The translations under genes were made by a program, and so were the position numbers. From Rhina ancylostomus (taxonomy: Eukaryota), in the NCBI GenBank assembly GCA_030265395.1, contig JARFYF010000059.1:16247206-16311205 (forward strand): a DNA stretch of 64,000 nt, written 5' to 3'. Under the pieces are notes generated by a model, which worked only from the letters and a program-made list of their open reading frames with translations, was not told the DNA's origin and did not search any database. Below are positions 40,503 to 53,720 of the stretch, in pieces; the stretch's first letter is position 1, and every line of letters begins with the position of its first letter.

Positions 40503-40558
40503 GTTGGAAACTGGATAAGCGTTGGAAACTGGATAAGCGTTGGAAACTGGATAAGCGT
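40503..40558. repeat. 18-bp tandem repeat x3
   Basis: (gttggaaactggataagc)3 perfect. Confidence 0.95.
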
Positions 40559-40657
40559 CCATGGGAAGGGAGCTGGGTGATAGGATTAGTTTAAGGATGA
40601 TCCTGGGATATGGGGAGGGAGCATGTCAGTGAGGTTATCTGTTGTACAAGTGGTTAC

Positions 40658-40795
40658 CTTTCTGTAAGATGTTGACAAAAGTGTGAAAAGCAAGTTGGTG
40701 AGAGGGACAGACTCAATTAGTCTCTGTACGCGCTGAATGGAGGAGCTCTGTGCCATGATATTGAGCTCTGCAGGTGGACCATCGCCTCTCCAACC
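40658..40795 (-). CDS. UBR4: UBR4 exon 13
   Basis: GWRGDGPPAELNIMAQSSSIQRVQRLIESVPLTNLLFTLLSTSYRK; cag / gtaacc. Confidence 0.95.
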
Positions 40796-41039
40796 CTGTT
40801 GAAATCAAAAGGTAACCCATTATCATAAACTGTCCATATAACAATTTGAATANNNNNNNNNNNNNNNNNNNNNNNNNNNNNNNNNNNNNNNNNNNNNNNN
40901 NNNNNNNNNNNNNNNNNNNNNNNNNNNNNNNNNNNNNNNNNNNNNNNNNNNNNNNNNNNNNNNNNNNNNNNNNNNNNNNNNNNNNNNNNNNNNNNNNNNN
41001 NNNNNNNNNNNNNNNNNNNNNNNNNNNNNNNNNCTTCAA

Positions 41040-41280
41040 ACTATTATCCCGACTGCCCTCTACGGTAAATCAAAATGAAGCTGAATCCAATGTCTTGGAC
41101 CAATATTTACCCCTTAAACAAACTCACTGAAATGTTATCAGGATATTATCTGTGACCTTGTTTTGGTCAATTTGGCTCCCTTTTTACCAACATCACAGTA
41201 GAGACGATTCTTCAAAAGTAGCATTTTAGAATATGCCAAGGTCCCAAGGAAAATATTATAAACTCAAATCTTTCATTTCT
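41040..41280 (+). mobile_element. Decayed Deu-domain SINE 3' half
   Basis: tgtcttggaccaatatttacccc...cttcaaaagta...tataaactcaaatctttc. Confidence 0.5.
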
Positions 41281-41464
41281 GCTTTCATTTGAAATTGATT
41301 TATTTATTTATTCTTTTACACGCACACACACAAACAAACAATCTCTCATGCATTCACTTTTTATACACATTTCCCTGAAGAATCCAAATATCAGCCAACT
41401 CCAAAAAGCTAACTGGGTTTTTCAAGTGTAACTCCGTATACTAAACTGAGAAGCTACCACTTAC

Positions 41465-41564
41465 CCGGTAGAGGGCCTCTACTTGTAGATCCTGAAAGAG
41501 TGACGTCAACAGTTTGATAGCATGATTTGCTAGAACCACAGACAGAATACCAAATCCTTGATGT
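41465..41564 (-). CDS. UBR4: UBR4 exon 12
   Basis: HQGFGILSVVLANHAIKLLTSLFQDLQVEALYR; cag / gtaagt. Confidence 0.95.
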
Positions 41565-42305
41565 CTGAAGGAAAAAAATATCAGAGTAATATCAACCTTT
41601 TTTAACTGAACTAAGCGTTAACTTAAAGCATTTCAGACCAGCCAATATATACAGGCAAATCAGCTAGACACAATGCACATAGAAATGTAATAAAATCTCC
41701 GTTAGTTGCTTATATTTTGCAGTCATTTCGCCATAAGTATCCACTGTGAGGTCACAAGGTGGTGATCTGCACCTTCATCTCTCTCAGTCTCACTTTGTAA
41801 CTAGGTGGAAGGCCCCATGATCTGCTCCTCTTTGTATAATAATTCTACCCCTTGCATCAGCTATAAGAGTTAGATCTAATAGCAAGGGAAAACTGAATAT
41901 GTATACTAGTGTCTCTTCGCTGTTCGGTGCCCCTCTGCTGCCTTGCTCCAGAAGTAAATATGAACTTGTCTGAACTATCAGCATTATAAAACTGACATTA
42001 TCAAAGATAAGTTGAGTGCAAATACACAGAATTTTTCTTAAAACTGAATACCGGGAATCTGAGATAAAAACAGGAAGCTCGTCATTCAGCAACTGAAAAA
42101 TAAATTGGTAAATATAATCTTTGGTGATGAATCAATGCTTTGAACTTTCAGAATTTACTGTTTTTATCTGAAACTAAGAAAAACATAACTGCAAAATGAA
42201 TGCCAAATCATTGTTTCTGAATGGAAATACTATTGTAGGAGTTTATTGCACAATCCAATCCATTTCAAGAAACTCTAGAAAGTTATTTATGGATTCTTCA
42301 CTGAC

Positions 42306-42496
42306 CCTTTAACAGGTGCTAATTTTGGAGATCCAGCTCCTTCTTTCGCACGTGCAGCAATATCACGGACTCGAAGTGCAGCCAGTGGATCCTTTTCTTT
42401 TCCCTTGTCAGCCAGTGCTGAAGGACTGAGATTCAGGATCAAGTAGAGGCTATTTAGAAGGCACCAAGCACCCAGTAATTGGAAGTTTTGATAATG
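42306..42496 (-). CDS. UBR4: UBR4 exon 11
   Basis: HYQNFQLLGAWCLLNSLYLILNLSPSALADKGKEKDPLAALRVRDI...; tag / gtcagt. Confidence 0.95.
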
Positions 42497-43828
42497 CTAC
42501 AGAGAAAGTGCAAAAAAGTTAACTAGGAATAGTCAAAATATTTTCAACATTTTGCTTTCAAAAATATAAATTAAATTTAAATATATGCTTTAACTATTTC
42601 AGCCAGTGTTTTATGCCATTAGTTTCACTCAAATCTTTAAGCTGTTCCATATCAAAGGGCATCTTTCAGTAAAGATTAATTGTAAATAATGCCATGAGGG
42701 TTTTCCCTTCTATACATTGACAATTACCACATATTATATTACTTCCCATCCTATATGTCTCTCTCAGTAAAACAATCTAAACTTCAGTTTAACTAGCAAC
42801 TAGTAAAAGAAATTACAAGAATGAAGTGGTGTTTCCTCCACTGTTGTCATCTACTCAGAGACTAAAATTAATAACTTGATAGCCAAGACATATCCAACCA
42901 AGGATATGACAAGAAACATAAAAAAAGAGGTTCCTTGAACATCCCCATCATTAATCATGGCGAAACCCAAGTACAGAAGATCCTACGTGTCCTTCTCCTA
43001 AGGTTCTTGGCATCACAATTCCCAAAAAAACAACTAACTCAGACTTCTTCAGACAACAGGAAGAAAATGCTGACTGGTTTGGATGCACTGATACTATCTA
43101 GTCCTCTTCCTAGTCTTTATCCAGTCATGGATACAGTTTAACTGGGAAGAGAGCGTGCAAAGGCAGCATTAATCAACTGTAGGACAAGGAACCCAGACAA
43201 AACATAAAATATCATTGGAAACAAAGAAACATGACAGGAGAAGGCCATTTAGCATCACTTTCCAACACTATCACCATATCACTCCATCACACTCATAGAC
43301 ATGTATTGACCTTCCCGAACAAGAAAAAGTGTACCCACTCTTCTACGATTTTATTGCTTAATTCCAAATCATCTAAGCATTCCTAACATTACAAGGTTCA
43401 AGTCTAGAATACGATGGAAAAGTCCCTGCTTACAGGAAGGATACAGTTGAACACCCAAGCATTCAGGGAGAGCAGTTTTAGCCCCTTCGTCATTAGTATA
43501 CCACAGTTTCAATACAGCACAATCTATGGGATTCAGCTGCAGCAACTCACTAAGAATACTTCAATAATATTTCTCTCCTCCAACTTCTACATTCATAAAG
43601 GCAAGAACTACAACAACCAAAACACCAGTCTATCAATGCACACCATCTTGATTCAAACATAATGTTGGCTTGTTACTTGGCAAGTCTTCTGGAGTTCCCA
43701 ACCTTGCACTGTTATTGAACCCACATTACCTAAATTCTGCATCTAACTATAATTGGACCTGTGCACAGTGCGCGCGATCAGGACTAACATGAGCAGTTAT
43801 CAAAACATTTATTTGCTGACACGGAACT

Positions 43829-43886
43829 CATGGCCCTTTACATTATCATGAAACTACATGGCCCTTTACATTATTGTGAAACTACA
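43829..43886. repeat. 28-bp tandem duplication
   Basis: catggccctttacattatcatgaaacta then catggccctttacattattgtgaaacta. Confidence 0.9.
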
Positions 43887-43983
43887 AGAGTGGTAGTCCA
43901 ATCTCCAGCCTTTCTGCAATTAGGTTTTCGTGAACACAACTTATGACATCCTTGCTCGGAAACATATCGCACATACGCCTTAC

Positions 43984-44043
43984 CTCCCCACCTGCACGCC
44001 GTGAGTTGTTAATGGCTTGGCCGATCATGTCGTAAATTTCCAA
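43984..44043 (-). CDS. UBR4: UBR4 exon 10
   Basis: LEIYDMIGQAINNSRRAGGE; cag / gtaagg. Confidence 0.95.
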
Positions 44044-44287
44044 CTGCAGTGATAAATGGAACATTAGTTTAGCAATGCACTCGAGCAATCCAGGAAATGC
44101 CTTACATACAACCATATCCTACCCCAAGACCCATGGCAGAATATGGAGAAAGAACAGGAAAATGGTAAGAGAATTGATACCTTGAGTTTTAAGGCTCACA
44201 GCAAAACAGGTAGTATAAATGCATGACCACCATTTGCACTGTGATATGTATTAATTCATTAGCAATTAGAATGGTCCTTAACTAAAT

Positions 44288-44525
44288 CACAGTAGCATAG
44301 CAGTTAGCATTACGCTATTAAAGCGCCAGCGATAGGGGTTCGATTCCCGTCACTGTCTGTAAGGAGTTTCTGTGTTCTCCGGTGCCTGCATGGGTTTCCT
44401 CCGGGTGCTCCGGTTTCCTTCCATATTCCAAAGACTTACGGGTAGGTAAACATGGGTTTAAAAATGGGTGGCGCGGACTCATTGGGCCAGAAGGGCCTGT
44501 TACCATGCTGTAAATAAAATTTAAA
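44288..44525 (+). mobile_element. tRNA-derived V-SINE, well preserved
   Basis: A-box-like tagcatagcagtt, B box ggttcgattccc, V domain gggtttcctccgggtgctccggtttcc...tccaaagac, CR1-type tail gggccagaagggcctgtt. Confidence 0.85.
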
Positions 44526-45282
44526 AGTTAACATAAAAATTTAAATTGGTCAAAAGCTGAAAAATGTCAGAATGAGAGAAGATCAGGAGGAGCCTTCACC
44601 ACACTCCTTTAATCTCTCAGACTTACTCAGATCCAGCTAGCAGAATAGCTATGTGAAGTTACTTTTCAGCAATTTCGGTGTAGCTGAGGTAACACAGACA
44701 AAAGAACTGTCCTCAACTAACAGGACAGGCACATGAAAAAAAAACTTCAAAACATCTTCTGGAAACAAAAACTATTGAATAACAATGCACTCAAAGATGC
44801 TCTCAAAGCTCCTTAAGAAAGAGCATTCTGGGAATTGGGACTCAGACATAATAGCACTTAGGATGGCAATCTCAATAGCCATGTGACATTCACCTCACAA
44901 ACCATGCCCAACCCATCAGGCATCTACTGCCCCAGATGTCTATGGTTCCCACAATGGCCTCATCAATCACCTCAGAACTCACAGAAGAGCAAAAACAAGT
45001 CCTCCTTGGCTCCAAGGGACAACCTCGGACAATGACGACTCAAATGCCCACAATGTAATCAAGTACCTTCCATGTAACTAGAATTGTCCTGAACATATTC
45101 CTTGATTGAGTACTAACCTCATCCAGTCATTCTTATAGTAAAATACCAGCATCTAGCTTAGCACAGTAACACACTTTTATCCCATCAACATGAATACCAA
45201 GAAAGCAAAAACAAATCAAAATTATTCCATTATGTTAACATTATGCAACACTTTAAAATACATCTAGTCATACAGCACTTAC

Positions 45283-45404
45283 ACATTTCTGTACAATTGT
45301 GGCTGCATCATTTTCATAGTCTTCATCTTTACTGGTAGACCCAGATCGAACTTGCAAGCTGCTGCCTACATGTAGAATAGCCATGCATGTTGCAACACTC
45401 ACTC
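45283..45404 (-). CDS. UBR4: UBR4 exon 9
   Basis: VSVATCMAILHVGSSLQVRSGSTSKDEDYENDAATIVQKC; tag / gtaagt. Confidence 0.95.
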
Positions 45405-45629
45405 CTAGTGAAAGGACACTAGAAATTAGCCATTTTAAAAACTATAAATAATATCTGATTTAGATTACGTGCATAGAATGCAACTTTATGGGCCTTCAAA
45501 AGCAAAGCTTTAAATAAGAAATTATTTATATACTTAATGGGAAAACAAAGGAAGAACTGTGGGATACTAACATATAAAATCAACATCAATAATGGCTAGG
45601 ATTTTGAGGCAAGTACAGTAATAAATTAG

Positions 45630-47035
45630 GGCCACTGACCATAACCTTTCAACATTCTTTGGATATGGGGTTTGTACCAGAGAATTTGAGAGTGGAAAAT
45701 ATTACAGGCCTGTCAGTTTAATCTCAGTGGTGGGAAAGCTTTTCCAAATATTAATTGGATATTTTATTAATAGTCACCTGGAGGAAAATGGATTAATTAA
45801 GGCAAGTCAGCATGGCCTCAAGGGCAAATCTAATTTGATTTTTTTTTGATGAGATAACAAATAAAGTTGATGAGGGCAATGCAGTTGATGTGCTGAATAT
45901 GAACTTCCAGGATTTTGATAAGGTGATGCATAACAGGTTTATCAGTCAAGCTGAAGCTCATAGCATAAAAATGGCATTGAGAGCACGGTTGGCTAAGTAA
46001 CAGACAACAGAGGATCATGATCAATGCTTGTTGTATTACTGACTAGAAGGTGGTGAATAATGATATTCCACAGGGATCACTGCTAGGACCATTGCTTTTT
46101 TTAGGTCTATATTAACAACCCAAGACTAAAGAATGCAAGCCACAATTTCCAAATTTGCAGATGACATAAAACTTGGTTGTATTGCAAAGAGGATATTGAT
46201 AAATTGCAGAAGGATATAACTACGCTGGCAGACTGGACTGACATAAAAAAAAGGTAAAGTTTAATGCAGAGAAATTTAAGTTGATGCATTTTAGTAGTGA
46301 AAATGAGGAGCAGCAACATAGCATAAAGGATATCATTCTAAAAGGCATGCAGGAACAGTGGGTACGGGTGCACGTCATTAAAATTGGCAAAGGTTGAGAA
46401 AGCAGTTAATAAGGGTTACATAATTCCGAGCATCAACAACTTAGATGGAGTATAAAAGGCAGGGAAGTCATACATTTAAAAGGAAAGATCTTCATAATAC
46501 ACTGGTCCAGGCTCAAATGTGCTCAGCTCTGATCATGTTATATAGAAAGGAAGTGAAGGCATTAGAGAGGGCCCAGAAGAGATTTGCAGGAATGGTTCCA
46601 AACTTGAGAAAATTTCATTTAAAATGATAGATCAGAAAGGCTGTGATTAGTTTCTTTACGGAAGAGACTGAGAGGAGATCTGATAGAAATGGGTGAAATG
46701 ATGAGATCTGGATAGAATCGATAATGTTCCCATTGGTGGGGAGTCAAGGATTAGAGGTTACAGGTATAAAATAAAGCGGAACAGAAATAATAGTAACATG
46801 AAGAAAAAGTTTTGTGTTCTTTTTTTTAAACACAGTGTGTGGTTGGAATCTGCAGATGTGGTGTTGGCCGATTCCACTGTAATTTTCAAGAGGAAGTTGA
46901 ATACATGGTGAGGGAAAATTTGAAAGCTACAGAGAAAAGGCAGGGTGGGGTGGAAGTATTGAGCTGTTCTGGTAGAGAGAGGGCATGGATATGATGGACT
47001 AAATGGCCTCCTGTGGATAACCATTCTATGATTCT
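45630..47035 (+). mobile_element. Decayed CR1 LINE, RT and 3' end
   Basis: aattacaggcctgtcagttta (NYRPVSL), ccacagggatcactgctaggacca (PQGSLLGP), aaatttgcagatgac (KFADD), LERAQKRFAGMVP, tail attctatgattcta. Confidence 0.85.
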
Positions 47036-47247
47036 AACTTGAATGACGACTGAAGAAAAATGTTAATTACCAAAATGAACACAATGCTCAATATAATCCA
47101 CTGAAGTAGGTCATAAGATAAAGAATGACAAGTTACGGCACGTTTTCTCCCAGTCCTACTTTCACATTTCCTATTATGAACAATGACACTTAAAGTGCAA
47201 ATTCATTGCAAGCTCTGGAAATTTGCTTTATTTGTTATCATACAGAC

Positions 47248-47372
47248 CTGCATATAAACAACTCAGTGCTAATACAGTCACATCCTGTAATCTTTCAGGG
47301 GTCAGAGGCTCAAGAACAGGCAGAGAGAGTGTGTCCAGTGCCATAGTAACATCAATAACCAAGGAATGGAAT
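47248..47372 (-). CDS. UBR4: UBR4 exon 8
   Basis: FHSLVIDVTMALDTLSLPVLEPLTPERLQDVTVLALSCLYA; cag / gtctgt. Confidence 0.94.
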
Positions 47373-47645
47373 CTGAAGAAACAACAATAAAAGAGAATAT
47401 TTGGAAAACAATGTATAACAGAAATCAAAAACCACTCACCAATGTTTAAAAAGATCAGCAGATCAGTCAAGTTTTTACCAGAATGAATTAACACAACTCA
47501 TTCAAGTGTCATTATATTAGTAACTTGTGTGCCCCACAAAAGTAATCCTATTTAATTTGCTCCACATCAATCAACACTTTTTAACCAATTGCATTAAGAA
47601 TGAAAGTCACACCCATCAGTTCACTTTCGATTGTCTGCAACTCAC

Positions 47646-47787
47646 CCATTTCGTACAGCAGTTGCATCTGCAACTGTAGCAGGCATTATGAAAAAGGAGT
47701 TGGCAGAAACAGCATCCTGGAAACGGTTGATGTATCGCAGGAAGTAGGGAAGGTTTAAGCAGACACGTAACAGCTTCTCAGAGCCTC
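47646..47787 (-). CDS. UBR4: UBR4 exon 7
   Basis: GSEKLLRVCLNLPYFLRYINRFQDAVSANSFFIMPATVADATAVRN; tag / gtgagt. Confidence 0.95.
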
Positions 47788-48594
47788 CTACACAATGACA
47801 AGGGAAATCAACATTCTTCTTTTAACATCAGGTTAAATGCAATGGCCAGATAATGGACCTATGTAAAGAATAAGATCCAGCACAAGCAAATGAACCAACT
47901 GTAAACCAAATGAGAACAAGTATCATACCACTCTGGCTTTCTTTTAAGTATAATCCTACTAGGTTCCCCTTACCTTATTGGCTGTCAGTCATTCTCTCCT
48001 CTTCTAACCCCAGTCTCACCTAGCAACTGTGCTCTTCACCAAATTACCCAAATGCTTCTCTACTCATGTGTCAAAATGCATCTATCCCACAGTTTGACTC
48101 TGAGCCAGTGAATCAAAATATAGATACTTCAAGTACGGTCACATGAATAGCAGCAAGTTTACAAATATATGCATGGTCCAAAATATAAATTGACAACTAA
48201 TTTGGTTGGTTGGATCATCGTTTTAAATTTATTTAAACATTATTCAGCCAACATCTCAGAATTAAAAACCACATTCCTGGCCTTGCTTTTTGAATGTGGA
48301 GTAACCCAGATTATAATCTTTACAACAAACTAGGTCATAAATCAACCACAATCTTACAGAATATCAAAACAGGTTCAAGGGTCGAAATGGTCTACTCTCA
48401 TTCCTACGTAACTGACTGAAAAGTTTTGAATTAACCAAGGAGCCCAATTAGCCTGCTATATAATGTTTATAAAACATTATCACACTTATGTAACATTTAC
48501 AGTCATACTTATTACAGGGATGACTTAAATTGCTTTAAAGAATAAAATTCTAGTGCAGCTCTCTTCATTATAAGGATTTCACATTTAAACTCAC

Positions 48595-48697
48595 CCAATG
48601 CTTGTAAACTGGACACATTCTGTGCAATAAATGCGTTTTTCATCTTAGTAACAGTTGCTTGGTCTGTTACTGTCTGTTCATCACCTTCTCCCTCCGC
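48595..48697 (-). CDS. UBR4: UBR4 exon 6
   Basis: AEGEGDEQTVTDQATVTKMKNAFIAQNVSSLQAL; cag / gtgagt. Confidence 0.93.
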
Positions 48698-49628
48698 CTG
48701 ACAAATTTAAAAAAAATATACAAAATTCACATTAAGAAAACAAGCTGGTCAAACATACAGGTCTATGCAAGTGTTTAATTCCCTACTAGGTCAACCATAT
48801 TACCATATAGGTTTTCAATTGCCTATTCTAACCATTTGCAGAACTAGTTACACATGGTCAAAGCACCACCAGGAATAAGAAAAGTATTTTTAGCAAGGAC
48901 TCAAAGTTGGCTAGAATCACTGTATTTTTACTTTAAATCTAGGTTCATATCTAGGGTTAACTGATAAAAAAAAGTCAGTTTAAAAAAGGAACGTGAGATT
49001 TTAATAAACAGCTTCCAGTAGGTACAAGCCCACGTCATAACAGATAATAATTCAGCAATAACTTCCAATAAACTGCTCAACTGAACTATTTAAAGAATAA
49101 TGCATGCAACTCATATAACAATGGTGCTCTTTCCATTGAAATACAAGAACCCTAAATTTGAAGAGACAGGTGAATAGAATTAAAATACAAATTAGCCATC
49201 ATTTAATCAAGTGACGAAACAGGTTTAAGGGACAGAACAGTTATCTTATATTGCTATCCAGAGAGGGCTTACCATATTGCACATAACCTGTAAAAGCTTC
49301 AAAGAATGTTGTTTCCCCAACATTCATGTCCTTTAAAAACATAACCTCATTTTTTTTCAGCTTAAAAATTATATAAGGTCATATATTCCTTCAAATAAAG
49401 ATCTAACAGTTAGTCTTGGTCAGAAACAATTGAGCAAATTTCCTTACATAACTGCATCCAAATGAACCAACCACTGAGAATTTTCTAGTGGGTACCTATT
49501 GGTACCCTCTTCATTATCCCATTGGTAATATCCTATCCCACTGCAAAATCCAGATTTTTGTAGAACAATATCCTATTACTTTATGATTCTTAACAAGGCC
49601 CAAGTCAAAAGGTGCAGTAGACATTTAC

Positions 49629-49771
49629 CTGAGCCACAGGAGGAGGAGCAGCAGGTGAGGTTGATACATCTGGGTTGAAAACGGAAGTCAGTTGGTTCAA
49701 GAAATTCATTTGCACTTCCTTTTGTCGTAGTTCGGGTGTCAATGGAGAGACAGACTCTTTCTGATCCTCCA
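49629..49771 (-). CDS. UBR4: UBR4 exon 5
   Basis: VEDQKESVSPLTPELRQKEVQMNFLNQLTSVFNPDVSTSPAAPPPVAQ; tag / gtaaat. Confidence 0.93.
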
Positions 49772-49894
49772 CTAAGTAAAGAAATTCATGGATAGGAGTT
49801 AAGCGTGGTAAAACTGTTAATGATCCCTGAGCACCAAGGATTGTATGCTAACAGTAATAAGAAAATGAACTGAGATTCACAATCAAAGGCATAC

Positions 49895-50024
49895 CATCTG
49901 AGAGGGTCTTTACTGTCATCGGAAGTTTGGCTGACTTCATCATCGCTGTAAACGTAATGATCTCAGTCCTGTCCAGTCGGCTGCAGCCAGTGCAAAGGCC
50001 CTTGATCAAGAGAATCAAGTGTTT
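49895..50024 (-). CDS. UBR4: UBR4 exon 4
   Basis: KHLILLIKGLCTGCSRLDRTEIITFTAMMKSAKLPMTVKTLSD; cag / gtatgc. Confidence 0.95.
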
Positions 50025-50669
50025 CTGAGGAAGAAGTGTGACAACAAAATAGAGTTGAAAAGTAGAAAAATGCATACCTTTACAGCAAAATACTTCCAAA
50101 CAAACCTTGCTATTCAGTTAAGGCCTTTCAGGATTTCTACTGGCTTTAAAAATTACTTTGCACAAGTTATATTGAAATTTAACCTGCTTGAGAAGCAGGT
50201 TGATGCAAAATATATGCTGAAGATATATACACACATTCATGTATGAATGTGTGAAAATAGTTTTCATGTTTGAAAATAGTAGTACATCCCAATCTATGGT
50301 CTCTAGTTGGGGCTAAACAAGAAAGAATTAAAAGCAGTGGCCAAAAACACAGTAAAACACATAAATTTTAAGTTAGCTTTTAAAAGCAGAGAGAACAGGA
50401 ATTTTGTCAAGGCAGCTAATGGGAATAGGCCATCTCAGCCAGTAAAATTAGATTAAAGCTGATCTCCACCCAAGTTCTAGCTTCTTTTTTGTTTCCAACC
50501 TTTGATACTTAACAAAAATGCTATCTATCTCAGTTTTGAAACTTCAATGACCTTTTTGCAGGGAGATCAATACTTCTAACATCTGGACATGCTCCAGCCT
50601 TCATTACCCCAGGATGGGGATCTGTAAATCAAAAGTACACTCCAGCTAATTAAAACTATTTGAATCTTA

Positions 50670-51030
50670 CAATGCACTCAAGACATCCCAAAGTACTTTA
50701 CAATCAAGTACTTTTAAATGTAATCATCGTAACACAGCCAAAAGCACTAAACAATTTTCACACAGCATGGTTCTATTCACTGTACTGAAATAACCAAGCA
50801 GTTTACTATTATTGGTACAGCTGATTGTTATTTGGAGCATGGGAAGAACACCACTACTCTGAGTAAATACCAAAGGATCTCACATGTTCATACAAAGAAA
50901 GAGTAAGGCCTTAGTTAAAAGGCCCGTCTAAAAAACCTTCCCTTCCAACAAGTGCTGCAAATGAGTGTTAGTGTATGTTATATTCTTGCACCCTGGAATG
51001 GGATTTGAACTCTTGGTGACCTTCTAAGTG
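50670..51030 (-). mobile_element. Decayed Deu-domain SINE
   Basis: gacatcccaaagtactttaca...aagtactttt...cacagca...ggaatgggatttgaactc follows the recalled DeuSINE consensus. Confidence 0.55.
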
Positions 51031-51206
51031 ATCCCAGGGAGAGATGAAAAAGCCATCACTGACACAACAAATTGCTTACCCAGACACCTATGAGAAAATG
51101 AGACACAACCATGCATGAGAAATGAGAAAGATGAATCTACTTTGTTGGATAATGAATATTCATCAGAGAACTCTTTACAGTTATAACCAATGNNNNNNNN
51201 NNNNNN

Positions 51207-51310
51207 NNNNNNNNNNNNNNNNNNNTCATCTGGATTCTCAAGACGCATCAATGAGAATTCAATCAGGACTTTACATGCAGCAGCAACAGACAGTAATTGG
51301 TTCCTAGGAA
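51207..51310 (-). CDS. UBR4: UBR4 exon 3 (3' end in N gap; start coordinate estimated)
   Basis: IPRNQLLSVAAACKVLIEFSLMRLENPD visible 51226-51310; donor hidden in Ns 51193-51225; length inferred from human EACAVSQ. Confidence 0.85.
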
Positions 51311-51832
51311 CTAGAAACATTGGAAAAGTTGGCATCAAGTACAATACAGTTTCCAAATCATGAAATAGTTTAGGAATTAAAAAGGAAACAAATTAAACTG
51401 GAATGAAAACTTCTAGAAACTCTTCAAATAGGAGATGCTTGAACAAGACAAACTAGTAGGTCTTTCACAGAACCAGCAAAGGCATTATAGGACAAATGAC
51501 CTCCTCCCGTGCTGCATAATTCACTGATTCCGTGATACCAAACACGACTTGGTAATATACCTGTAAACAACTGGGTTATTCAAAATATAATCAGAAGCTG
51601 CAAAAGGGAACAACCTTAGACTGCCGTGACTTTATTTGTATTCTTATCAGAACACCCCCCATACTCTCAGGTCATGGTGCCCATAAACCTCCAAATCCAT
51701 CTCTGGGGCTTAAAGCCAGCATGGTTCAAAATATAAAGATTCCAGTCTTCTCACACTGGCAATCATTACAATTCTTTGTCAAAAGGACTTAGATGATATT
51801 AACCAAAAGTAGATTTGATCAGAAATACTCAC

Positions 51833-51930
51833 TTTGTGCACAGACTGTTGAGATGTAATGTGCAGACAAAGCCACGAACGATGAGTAGAATGGTTCATAA
51901 TGTTTGTCATGATGCAGAATCTCCTTCTCA
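51833..51930 (-). CDS. UBR4: UBR4 exon 2
   Basis: EKEILHHDKHYEPFYSSFVALSAHYISTVCAQ; tttcag acceptor, gtgagt donor. Confidence 0.95.
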
Positions 51931-52163
51931 CTGAAATGCACAACAAGACTATCAGACGCTGTAAATCAATACAAATAAATACTAATCCAACAGGAAAAGA
52001 TTTGCAGTAGACCAACTGAGTTAAAAATTGAAATGCTGGGGATACTCAGCAGGACAAGCAAGTACCTATGAAGAGAAACTGTTTCAAGTCAAAAGGATTC
52101 AGTGAAGGTGAACTCGTTTACAAGTCATGGTAAGAGGGTACTTTCAAAATGTCCAATCCTAAA

Positions 52164-52462
52164 TAGAACATAGAACACTACAGTACAGACCCTTCGGCCC
52201 ACAATATTGTGCCAACATTTTATCCTGCTCTAAGATCTATCTAAGCCACATAGATCTATCTCCCACATAGCCCCCTATTTTTCTAACATTCATGTAGCTA
52301 TCTAAGAGTCTCTTAAATGTCCCGAATGTATCTGCCCCCACAACCTCTGCCGGCAGTGCATTCCACGCACCTACCACTCTTTGTGTAAAAAACTTACCCC
52401 TGACATCCCCCTTATATCTTCCTCCAATCACATTAAAATTATGTCCCCTCATGTTAAACATT
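52164..52462 (-). mobile_element. Young CR1 3' fragment
   Basis: RGHNFNVIGGRYKGDVRGKFFTQRVVGAWNALPAEVV; tail tagaacatagaaca. Confidence 0.9.
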
Positions 52463-53559
52463 CTACGTAAAAAAGGTTTGTAAATTTAGAACACTTCTGG
52501 TACAATAATAAGCCTGTCAGCTTCTACAACTTTCACCATAATAATACATAATAGTTGCAGCAAGTTTGAGAAGTAGAAATGACTGAGCCTGTATTAGAAT
52601 AACTGACAGAAATGCATTACCATGATTAGTCAATAATTCCATTATCAGTGTGTGACTACATGATGGTAGAATGTGAATTACATGAATATTGATCTTCGTT
52701 GCAGGTATCCCCTAATGGCATCCACCAAGTAGTTTTTCTGAGCATTCTTGATGCTAGATGTAATCAATGGTCATGCTGATGTCAAAAAAAGCTACTCTCA
52801 ACTCTCTTGCAGTTAACACTTCCACTCATGTCTGGATCAGGAACATGATGAGATGTGGAGCTGAGTGAATCAGGAAGAACACAACTGTCCATGAGTTGGA
52901 ATGTCATTGATGAGTAGTTGCCATATGACAGCTGATGATTTTTTGGTTGATGTTTGGTGGAAGTTCAATTGGGCAGTAATTTTTCCAGTGGCAGAATCAG
53001 CAAACTGCGATACCAAATCTTGTCTGTTGGTAGGATTAATGTCTGCTTCCTCTCAACGTGACAGATTGAACTTTTTTCCCTTGTTTGTTGTTACAGTCAA
53101 ATTAAGTGTTCACATTTACTAGCTCAAGTTCAACAGACCATGATGTGTATAATGAAGTGTTTAGAAAATTCATGGCATTGAGGTTGTCTTTGTTTTCTTT
53201 TACAATTTTCATTGCGAGTTCTTCGTGTCCTCATCCATGTGAATGTGATAAAGATGTGAGAATGCCCAAGGATAACATACAAATGTGGGCAATTTGTGCA
53301 GATGACTGGACCAGTTTTTGATAAACTATTGTATGAATGATCTTGTTGTAAATCTAGATTTTTGAGAGACTTTGGTGCACTGTACATTCACGACTGCTTA
53401 TTTGCAATGAAGAAATCCTAATTCTAATACATTCCTGACTCTGAAGTGGTTGTCCCCTTCAACAACTTGTTTTCGTGAACAGTGTAGGAGAGCGCCCAGA
53501 GACAAAAGATACAAAAGGGGAGCATTATTTGGTTTTATGCATCACAACAGCCCAATTAA

Positions 53560-53720
53560 GGCAGCTGCTGCCTCACAGTGCCAGAGGCCTGGGTTCATTC
53601 CTGACTTATGTGGAGTTTGCATATTCTCCGTGACCTTGTAGGCTTCCACTGTATGGTCCGGTTTTCTCCCACGGCACAGGCAAATGTATAAATGGGTCAC
53701 CAAACAGCAAATTGGTTGTG
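53560..53720 (+). mobile_element. Decayed V-SINE (HE1-like)
   Basis: gctgcctcacagtgccagaggcctgggttcattcc...gtggagtttgcatattctcc...ccggttttctccca. Confidence 0.7.

Noticed and set aside
40503-40558. Direct repeats considered as a CRISPR-like array
   Set aside because: No spacers, eukaryotic intron; simple tandem repeat
27873-47790. TAG-GAG (NAGNAG) acceptors at exons 7, 9 and 23
   Set aside because: GAG is a rarely used acceptor and homology fits the proximal TAG
51193-51225. Exon 3 appears to lack a donor (possible gene disruption)
   Set aside because: The missing ~19 coding nt and the donor fit inside the 33-N gap; all other exons are intact and in phase
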